Assembly (NCBI GenBank): GCA_030141605.1
Contig: JAQGDQ010000178.1
Span: 248,001-312,000, forward strand
DNA length: 64,000 nt
DNA from: Tubiluchus corallicola
Taxonomy: Eukaryota > Animalia > Priapulida
Reading direction: 5' to 3'
The notes below the pieces were generated by a model that was not told the DNA's origin, searched no databases, and was given only the letters and a program-made list of their open reading frames with translations. Position numbers and translations under genes: made by a program. The first letter of the stretch is position 1; the number at the start of each line of letters is the position of its first letter. Positions 54,291 through 64,000 of the stretch are shown here, piece after piece.

Positions 54291-55079
54291 ATCCAAGAGT
54301 TCACGGTAATTTGCAGGAAGAAAGAAATCATTATGGTGTTGGTTCCGCTTAAGATTTATACGACCCTGGATTCTTCCTGCCTCTGTTCAGCAATCTTCTG
54401 GAACCGGGTTAGTAGGACTTTACCGTACCTACTTTGATAGTTTGTCGTGACTGAGTCGATTCGTTTATTATGTCAAAGACAGAAATTGACAGTGATCTTT
54501 GTCATTCTTCATGTCGTTCACATTAATTTCTTAAGTAGGCTTTTGTTCCAGCGATCGATGATGATCGTGAAAAGGTCAAAGGTTAGGTGTATTAGACAAC
54601 GCATTTGTGTACACCTGGCAACGCCTCACACCACATGCTTTTGTAATAGTAACAGTTTTAACTGCTAGCTAGAACCTTACCTAGTTCATTTTTTCTTGTT
54701 CCCAAGCAAGATCTTGCTAGAAAGTCACTCTACGCACAGACTAATGCATAGTTAAATCCATGTAAAACATCTGACATTACTGAACTAGTCCGGCAGATGG
54801 CTGTGCTTTAGCCACATATCACGTGAAGGTTGTAGTTAAGATGCGTTGCTTTGGTACACTTTGCCTTTGACCTACAGCAACTGTGTGTGCACACAAAGAA
54901 ACTGTGAAAAGACTTATTAATGATAACAGTTTATAAAGTAGCCTTTTTATATAGTTCCTAGCTTTGCAGCTTTCAAAGTTTCCAAGCTTTGTACTTTAAT
55001 TTTCGCTTTCACAAATATTTGTAACACTCTCATGGAATGTTTGTGCGGTTGAAATTTATGTTTATTTGTGATGACATCC

Positions 55080-55228
55080 ATAGTTGGGCTCACCCGTCAT
55101 TAATTAAGATTTTAATCTATTATTTAATTATCAGAAATGCTTTGGCATTACTATACGTATTAAAATGAATACTTTTTACCTTAGTTCAACAGGGGTAGGG
55201 TATGAAAAATCAACCTTTTTTCCTTTAA
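55080..55228. mobile_element. Dispersed repeat copy 3 (3' part only)
   Basis: cattaattaagattt..tttaattatcagaaa.gcttt...gaaaaatca..ttttcctttaa shared with 10450-10604. Confidence 0.65.
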
Positions 55229-55992
55229 CATACTGTTATTTTCCATGCAGGAGTGGAAATCATATTGTTCTTTCCATCCATAGCTGCTTCTCTGCGGAAC
55301 TGCATGATGTGTATAATTTATTGTTAATTTTCCTGCATTGGTGGTTGTCAACTGTCGTAAGTTTGCCAAAAGCAATGCACTTGGCTTCACTATCGCGGCA
55401 CTGAGCAGCAAAGATGGTCACATGAAAGCCGCGGTGTCAGCACCTCCAATGAAAGGGTGCCTCCAATCATTGCGGTGTTCGTATCGAAGGTTGCTCAACT
55501 TGTGTTCCACCCAGGTGAATAGATTTTTTGGCCATCGTGATTATTTTTTCGCTAAACTAGTGACAAAGTTGAAACTTGATTAACTTTTGCAAAGTTTTTG
55601 TGCTTCATTCATTAGCTTATTATTTAAATAAGTTTTTTTGCTACTGATAGGTGGCTCTGATTGACCGCGTATTGACTAGTCAGAGAACTCAGCCCCAGAT
55701 TGGCAAAGCCGTCTCTATGTTAACGACATTATAGGCTTATTGACGGTTTTTATGAAACCTGCTTTAGCCATGCGGGCTGATATCTCGATTCAATGCAGCA
55801 TAGAGATCACAAGGTTCTGGGTTCGAATCCTGGTTCACTCACAATTTTTAGAGCCTTCTTCCTTCTATGCTTAACTGTTGATTATCGCTGTTATTGTAGC
55901 AGCATTGGACTTCTTGACACCGTTATGACATGTTGGAATGTTCCAGCTTACACTGGCATCATCATTAGTTGTGTTACTGTGTTAAGTAGCTT

Positions 55993-56172
55993 TCTAAGTT
56001 AGTGTTTAACTATCAGAAACAGTTTACTAATTATTATAGATAGTAACTTTCCAAGTTAATGTTTAACTATCAGAAACAGTTTACTAATTATTATAGATAG
56101 TAACCTTCTAAGTTAGTGTTTAACTATCAGAAACAGTTTACTAATTATTATAGATAGTAACTTTCCAAGTTA
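55993..56172. repeat. ~59-bp tandem repeat x3
   Basis: aagttagtgtttaactatcagaaacagtttactaattattatagatagtaac repeated three times. Confidence 0.9.
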
Positions 56173-56659
56173 AGTGATGACCCAAAATGCGTTTTGGCAA
56201 ATGAAATTAACAAGCAATTCATTCCACAATATGGCGCTTTATTAGGAGTTAATAAAGGTTTATTAGGAGCCTACTGCGGATTGCGGATTTTGACTGATGG
56301 CTTATGGTAGGCAAATCTCAGTTGACAGAAGACTATGGATAATCTGTGTGAGAGAGCCCATTAAATAATATACGTTCACTTTTCACGAGGCGGCTTTTTC
56401 TCAGTAACAATTTTCCTTGATGGCTTAACTAATTAACTAATTAGTTCATTTCTCATTTGTGCATTTTGTTCACTTTCATACAGCATAAGTAGGAAAGGGA
56501 GTGGATGTTCGCCTTCTTAGCTGAGGGTCTCCGGATCAGACTCGACTTTCGATTGGCTGAGAAGAGGCACCTTTTCAAGCTCTTATTTTCCTACATGGAT
56601 TCTAGCATTGCAGATAAGAAGTGTCAGGTATTTCATTCCTGGCTTCACTGTGTCTTGTT

Positions 56660-56995
56660 ATTTGTTAGAAATACAGTAGACTGGCTTCTTTTGTTAGAAA
56701 TGCAGTAGACTGGCTTCTTTTGTTAAAAATACAGTAAACTGGCTTATTTTGTTAGAAATACTGTAGACTGGCTTCTTTTGTTAGAAATACTGTAGACTGG
56801 CTTCTTTTGTTAGAAATGCATTTGACTGGCTTCTTTTGTTAGAAATACAGTAAACTGGCTTCTTTTGTTAGAAATACTGTAGACTAGCTTATTTTGTTAG
56901 AAATACGGTAAACTGGCTTCTTTTGTTAGGAATACTGTAGACTGGCTTCTTTTGTTAGAAATGCAGCAGACTGGCTTCTTTTGTTAGAAATGCAG
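56660..56995. repeat. 29-bp minisatellite, ~11 copies
   Basis: tttgttagaaata(c)agtagactggcttct repeated. Confidence 0.92.
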
Positions 56996-58679
56996 AGTTA
57001 TCATTTTGGTTATCAGTGACACTTGATTTGATTTTCTGATTGGGTAAACAAAATGTAAAAACTTTTGTGCTTACGATCCTGAAAGAGTTAAATTTCTCAA
57101 TTCAAGCTTTCGTATTTCTAAAATACAACCCAGAATTAAAGCTCATGTACTTTGCTCAAATCTGATCGTAGTTTTATTGATTTTTGTCTAACTTAGTAAA
57201 TGTTTTTTTATGGATCCGCGTTGCAGGTAGTAGAAAGAACTGGACTAACGGAATGTGCTGCGGATGAAGTGGAGGCCTGCCTGAGACAACTACTTAACTT
57301 GTCACGAGTAAAACTCATCACTCAACCATTGTTGATTTTCTGACGAAGGTCTTTTCAACCCTTGTGTCCAATCCTTATTCATACTGTGACAAGGTATGTA
57401 ATATTTAGATTGTAATGGTGAATTACTCGTAGTGAATTTTAGCAGTATATTATCACAGATATCTCACGAACGCAACTGTTTTACAAACGGTAGTTGTAAA
57501 TGCTATCATTTAAGCCGGGGGGGGGGGGGGGTTACATGACTTTTTTGACTATCCAAAAATTTCTAAGGCCAACAGTAGCCAGTTATGCTTGTAAAACTTT
57601 GCAAAAGCTTGACAAATTGTCATAAGACATTTGTGGGTGTTCGCCTTTGTTATAAATAGGTAGCTGCTTCGGCTTTTAAGCAACTAATGCATAATTAAGT
57701 AAAGTCCACACGAAACAACTAAAGTTACTGAACAGATGCGGCAGACGACTTTGCTTTACCCAGATGTCACATGACGGTTGTAGTTAAGACGCGTGCGCAA
57801 AGCCAAAGGAAAAGTATTATTCTTTCAAATCAGTCTTTTAGAAAACTTATAAATGTTTAAAATTTGTTGCCGTAGTCTCAAAATTCCACATTCAACTTCG
57901 TCAAATTGTCGCAAAGTTGCCTGCACGCATGTGAACGCGTCCTCAATTATTTGTGATGTTCGTCAGCAAATTCAAAAATTTATGAAAACTTGGAGAAGAT
58001 CTTAAGATGCTTTAGAGACCGCTACTACGGCTTTGCGACCATTCTTCAACATTTTGGCAACGTTTTGGAGAACCTCAGCTGACCCGCACTTCTTTTTGCA
58101 GAAATTTTGTGAGATAGTCAGGAAACGAACGCAATATACACACGCGCAAATGTCGTGTAACATTCGCCTTCTTGCATAAGTGTCACAGAAGTCACCAAGC
58201 ATGTGTAAACATGTCGTCCAACACTCTAGCAATTTTCGTTAGAGAAAAAGCCTAAATTTGGCAAAAAGCTGGCGAAAATTGCGCGAAATTATATAGAACT
58301 TCACACGAATGATTTGAGACGAAACGTATCTGGGAGAATTTTTTAGAGACTGTTGTACTTTGATCTCCGAAAAAGATGTAAAGATTCCTTGAAACACTTG
58401 AAGAATTGCTGTAATGATTTGCCATGAAGATTTTAATTGCATTCTGTTCCTAAGTGTTAATACATCTCATTAAAAATAACGAATGATTTAAATCCAATTA
58501 AAATGTTTTCGTTTGAATGTACTTATATAATATAATTATAAATGTTTATTATTGGTGTAATATTCTAATTTTACAATATCGTCTGTTTGTTGTTTGTGTG
58601 TTTGACTTGTTTATTACTAATGTAATTTTGTAATTGTTTGCAGTTTGTTGCTTGTAATTATTTCTAATCTATTGAATCA

Positions 58680-59175
58680 TATGTATATATAATAATAGGA
58701 TTTATAATATAATATTATAATAATATATAATATTATAGTATATAATAATAATATATAATAATATATATAATATAATATAGTGTAGTGTAGCGTAGCGTAG
58801 CATAGCATAGCATAGTATAGTAATATAACATTATAATATATAACAATAATATATAATAATATGTATAATATAATATAATATAGTATAGCGTAGCATAGCA
58901 TAACATAGCATACTATAGTATAGTATAGTACAGTATAGTTTAGTATAGTATAGTATAGTATAGTATAGTATAGTATAGTATAGTATAGTATAGTATAGTA
59001 TAGTATAGTATAGTATAGCATAGCATAGCATAGCATAGCACAGCACAGCACAGCACAGCACAGCACTGCACAGCACAGCACAGCACAGCACAGCACAATA
59101 CAATACAATACAATATAATATATTTTAATATGATATAATATGATAATATAATGATTTATAATATAATATTATAAT
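58680..59175. repeat. AT-rich and pentamer (TATAG/CATAG/CACAG)n microsatellite
   Basis: Direct reading. Confidence 0.95.
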
Positions 59176-59408
59176 AGTATTTTCTTAAATGCCATCCCAG
59201 CAACCCTAAATAGGCTATCTCAAAACTTCTGTCCTGAATTTATTCCTGAATTTTTCAATTCGTAGATTATTGAAATAATGGCTGAAGGTGCTGCTACCAG
59301 AAATGACGAAGATGGCGTACATATGCTCTCTGCTAACACCGTCACTTTGACCTTAGATGGTAAGGCCTTGCTCCACATAAGGTTTTTGTTCCTGCAGTAC
59401 ATGTTATA

Positions 59409-59570
59409 CAGTATGTCCTCGCTGAACGACGCCAATGCGTTCCAGCAAAACGCGGCATTAAGCGAAGCATCGTTAAGCGAAGCATCGTTAAACGAAGCCA
59501 AGACTGTCGTAGAAAGTAATGTAAAAGAGTTGAGATACATTCCAGAGGCAAAAATCAATGCTGCTCTAAA
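59409..59570. mobile_element. Left end of a second Tigger/pogo-like element
   Basis: TA|cagtatgtcctcgctgaacg..., similar to 49328-49480. Confidence 0.6.
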
Positions 59571-60744
59571 AATGTGAATTAAATGTTTTGTGAGCTTTAT
59601 TCAGATTTCTACTGATTAATTTCTTCCTGCTTATCTGAACCTACCCATCTTTCTTACCTTCTTAGGTATCTAACTTAGGTAGCTGTTTCTCTTTCATCAC
59701 CGCTGAAGCCTACGCAGTTAGCTGATAGACACTGCATAGCAAAAGCCAAGCCCTGGTGTGACCTTGAGACAATTATGTCTAGATACTGGTTGCTATAGCA
59801 ACATGTTGCCGGCAAAATTCCTTGCGCCCAGGTGCCTGGAGGTTTATAAATGGCAAATAGATCTTGCTTGATACAAACAGCTTTAGCACTTAGCAGTCAT
59901 GAAATAGATCCATAGATAATTGTTGCACTGCTAGTGTGTTTCTTTGGAACAGAATAATGCAACAATACAAGCCTTTGCTTCTCTAGCCCACTGCAGTACA
60001 ATTGTTCTTTTATGGTAACGATAGTTTATGAAACATAATAATTTAATACAGTATGACTGTTTTGTCCAGTTTGTCTGTCTGCATGTTGTAACCCATAACC
60101 AATAAAAATGATGAACACTTTGGTAGAGGTTGATTTCCTTTATTATCAAAAAAAGAAGAAGTGAAGCCGGTGCAGAAGGGGGTGGGTTTCAACATAAATT
60201 GCAGTCTGAAATAATAAAAGTAAAAAGTAACACTTAGAACTTAATAATTCACTAAGGTTTAACAGTTTAGGAACCTTTGTTCAGCAGGTATGGTAGAAAC
60301 ACACAAGTTCCGCAACACTTCGTTCTGCACGCATCGTAGATCGTCTCTGCCTGGCAGTTTGACAGAAAGGATTGAAGCACGTGGTGTGAATCAAGCATTC
60401 AAAGAACGAATTGTCCACACAATTCAGCATACAAAGAGCTTGCTTATAACAATAGCAGGTTGCAGTCGTATGTTAATGCAGGAGCGTATAATAGACTTGA
60501 TTCACTACTAGTTAGTGTACATACAACAATCTCCAGCTTAGTGTCACCAATCCACATGGTAAACAGATTTGGCATTAGCAGCAAGAACCTTTAGGCAAGC
60601 AAAGACATCTGCATTGCATCTGTGATTTCACATATACGAAACATAAGATGTTATTATTGTACTTCGCTATTCTTTAATTTTTTCGTCGAATTTCATAATT
60701 TTATAAATCCTGTAATCTTTAACTGTCTCACCATCTCATTACTC

Positions 60745-61240
60745 TCATGGACTCGCTAGTTTCACAGACTCACAAGTCTTACGGACTCACTAGTCTCACA
60801 GACTCACCAGTCTCACAGACTCACAAGTCTTACAGACTCACTAGTCTCACAGACTCACCAGTCTCACAGACTCACAAGTCTTACGGACTCACTACTCCCA
60901 CGGACTCACCAGTCTCACAGACTCACAAGTCTTATGGACTTGCTAGTCTCACTGTTTTGCTAGTATCATGGTTTCTCTGGTCTCACTAGTCTCACGAACT
61001 CACTAGTCTTGCAGTCTCACTAGTCTTACGGACTCACTAGTCTCACGGACTCACAAGTCTTACGGACTCACTAGTCTCTCAGACTCACTAGTCTCACGGA
61101 CTCACTAGTCTCACGGACTCACTAGTCTTGCTGTCTCAGTAGTCTCACAGACTCTCGAGTCTCATGTACTCACTAGTCTCACTGACTCACTAGGATCACG
61201 GACTCATTAGTCTCACAAAATAACTAGTCTCACTAGTTTC
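60745..61240. repeat. 17-bp minisatellite (gactcactagtctcacg/a)
   Basis: Direct reading; unit has dyad symmetry around ctag. Confidence 0.92.
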
Positions 61241-62104
61241 ACTGTGTTATCAGATGCATTATCGTCATTCTAACAAATATCTAACAAATTAAATATTAGG
61301 CTTTGGTTAAGTGCTTTGCATACTGTTTGTTGGTAGGAGTGAGCATTCTCTGGTTCTCTACCAGAAAGTGAATTCGAATCGAATCGAACTTCAATATTTC
61401 GAATTTGAATCGAATTCGAATTGAGACTGAAAGATTCCCCGTCAAGTTTTCGAACCACCAGTGAAAATTCTTCTTGCAAAGATCATGCATATTACTCGAT
61501 TTTGTTCTACAGTAAAACCATTAATTCGTTTAAAAATGTGCACGGAAATCACAGCTAAATTATGCTGTTGTTTCAAACGTTCTAATGATAAAGAACGTAT
61601 GTAGTTGAAGTGCTGAATTATTCGAATCTGTAGTTTTAGATTCGATTCTAATTATAACTAAAAACCTCTTTTGAATCGAATCCGAACATTCACCCCTACT
61701 TGTTAGTTATCATATGCACCAAAAATTTCGTTATGTCCGTAATCGGGAGTCGACGGAAAGTATCTGGACATTGATTCGGGGCGGAAGGTTCGACTACTCT
61801 GATTACAGTTATGGTTGTAAACACAGCTTGTGTGGGATCTTGTTTTAATAGTTTTCATTGCTATTAATTTCTATGAAATAATTGGAAAGGCGCTCAAACT
61901 ACACAAAAGTTTTTCCACCAAGATTTCATTTTTCGATTTAAATTTTGATAAACAGAGTTTTAAGTAGAGAGCCCTACTTAAGTATTTAATAGTTTTAAGT
62001 TGAGGAATTAGCTAAATCTTACGTAAATTCTATCCTATATAAAGAAAATTTTATCTAATTTATTTATGTATTTAATTAATTTATTGGGAAGTAATTCACA
62101 ATTC

Positions 62105-62400
62105 CCCAAACCCTAGCTGTAATCCCAACACTAATCCTAACCCTAATCCTAATTCTAACTATAACCCAAACCGTAATTCTAATCCTAACTTTAACCCTAA
62201 TCCCAACCCTAATCCTGACCATAACCAAAACCCTAATCCCAACCCTAAGCCAAACCATAATTCTAATCTTAATTTTTCCCTAATCCCAATCCTAAACCAA
62301 ACCGTAATCCTAGTCTTAACTTTTACCATAACCCCAATCCTAACCCAAACCATAATCCTAATCCTAACTTTTACAGTTATCCAAGCCCTAATCCTAAACT
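62105..62400. repeat. Degenerate hexamer tract (CCCTAA/TCCTAA variants), telomere-repeat-like
   Basis: ctaatcctaaccctaatcctaattctaac... with a 6-bp period. Confidence 0.8.
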
Positions 62401-64000
62401 GCTTCACGAACTAATTTCTTGGTTGTTTGGAATCGTTCACTTTAGCCCGTTACTGTAATTAATTTATTATAAAATCAGGTTTATTGAATTATTTCAGCAT
62501 CGACACTGATTACATCCAGGATGAGAAAGCTATATTGGAGTTTATGTACTGAAATCATACTAAACAACACAGATGTATGACAAGCCAAATGTTCAACACG
62601 CCTGCTAGACCTGTTATTGAAGATGGGCAGTATTGGTTAGTATTGAAAAATGTGGTTCTTATTAAAGGAAAGAAGAAGTCTCTCAATATATTGAGTTTAT
62701 TTTACTGTTATCGCTTAAACTTGGAAAAATAAACAAAAGAATTAGCAAAGAACTGCCTATAAAGCTCAAATTTAAAATATACTACCTCTGAATAGAAATT
62801 TTCAGGCGTGGTGGTTACCGACATTCACTTGAAAATCATGATGTAACTGGTAGACTTCGTGACTTTTCGTACGGGCTTCGTGGCTTTCCATGAATGCACG
62901 CTGCTTAAACTAATTCAAACTTCTGCAGCTTACCTAATCTTCATGCAGAAGTATTATAAAATGAGCTATCTAATTTTTTCCTGAAAATTTGTTGTACGTT
63001 TCACGAAGATTGAAAGTGCGCTACTTTTCTTCAGGACAAATGGCGTCATTGGAGGAAAAATGGGTATTGAAAATGGGAGCGCCAAAGCGTGAAGTGCTCG
63101 CGACTTTAAAGTGATTTTACACGAAGTTCTTATTACAGTCTTATTACTATATCCTTCTAACATTTTTCGCGAACGTTGAAATACGTCCGACTTCCCAGAA
63201 GACATGGCCTTTCCTTTTAAATGTAGCGTTTTTGCGTAGGCGTTGAAATGCTCCCTGAGTGTGTGTTTGTGTGTCATACCACAACGCCGTGTTTATATTT
63301 TCATTTTTCTACGTTCCTTAGGGCCTGTGACTAGTGCTTAATCGTGTTCTTTTCTCCACAGTCATCCATCCTTGCACTAAGTAGGCGGTACATTGTGTAA
63401 CTGTTGCTGCTTTGTCATTTAGAGATCAGCTCTGTTCAGTCGTTTGTGGAACAACTGCAAGTCGTAGTCCAGCACCCGGGGTCCGTGTGCACGAACCATT
63501 TGCACGCTTTTCGGTTGCTGCACCGCCATTTGCTTCGGTATGAATACGCTGCCGATGAGGAAGATGCCGGGGTTGCCATGGAGACGAATGCTGCTGCACC
63601 GGGGATTGAAGGAATGATTGCGGGATGGATTTTAACTTACATGAACTGCATTGGTAGCATTCTGTCTGGGAGTAAAACAAGGAAACGTGAAAGAGTCGTA
63701 GTTGATGACGATGATAATGGCAGGGATGATGCTGAAGATGATGATGTTTTGGGTCTGGCTATAAAGGACTGTCAGTTTTTGTGTGAACGGGTTTGTACGA
63801 TTTTTAGCTTTTTTAAAATTTCTTAAGAAACCGTCAAAATACAGGGTGGTACATAATTCTTTGCTAGGAGTTTACAACAGTGGTTCCCAAATGTTTGTTT
63901 CCAGAACCGCAACCCCACGAAGAACATAATCACATGTTATACTAATAAAAAGCATTTATTAATTTTAACTTACTGTTCAACAAATTATTGAACAATGAGT

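Larger units (their letters stand above)
49062..56627 (+). pseudogene. URB1: Unprocessed pseudogene fragment of nucleolar pre-ribosomal-associated protein 1 (URB1/NPA1), C-terminal region
   Basis: Exons 49062-49243 (VIRHSLFL..SDVK), 51194-51368 (ALV..LLSAYSDTLRKTDQLLMQLMRLYE), 53621-53783 (PFVWGPAAVEHY..DVLDLLD..FPLQRRLL), ~54317-54407 (DLYDPGFFLPLFS), ~55335-55514 (VVNCRKFAKSNALGFTIAALSS), 56484-56627 (EREWMFAFLAEGLR) are collinear with URB1 as I recall it. Lesions: donor reads ataagt at 51369, TAA 54350, deletion plus frameshift ~55433, TAG 56490. Confidence 0.85.

Noticed and set aside
53994-54309. Hydrophobic/Cys-rich ORFs (also 58677-59108, 60747-60989, 62076-62407)
   Set aside because: Products of simple repeats.
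55790-55845. tRNA gene (GGTTCGAATCC B-box)
   Set aside because: No A-box or cloverleaf could be built; at most a SINE-head remnant.
62105-62400. True telomere or chromosome fusion site
   Set aside because: Highly degenerate, single orientation and internal; such tracts are common within invertebrate repeats.

Overview
AT-rich, intron-containing animal (invertebrate) genomic DNA with many micro/minisatellites and transposon remnants, and a 6-N assembly gap at 44442-44447. Main content: (1) 0.5-18 kb, three paralogous genes for predicted secreted proteins sharing an indel-free, Cys-free ~86-aa Tyr/Gly/Ser-rich domain I do not recognise, always split by a phase-2 intron at the same codon; (2) two intronless 644-aa cadherin-repeat membrane protein genes (38.9 and 45.1 kb) with nearly identical upstream DNA but only ~50% identity in the first extracellular domain; (3) between them, a minus-strand multi-exon matrin/U1-type zinc-finger gene; (4) a decayed multi-exon URB1/NPA1 pseudogene fragment (49-56.6 kb); (5) orphan minus-strand exons at 25.7 and 28.1 kb, MITEs, LINE fragments and inverted repeats. 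All identity values are approximate hand counts; no database search was run.
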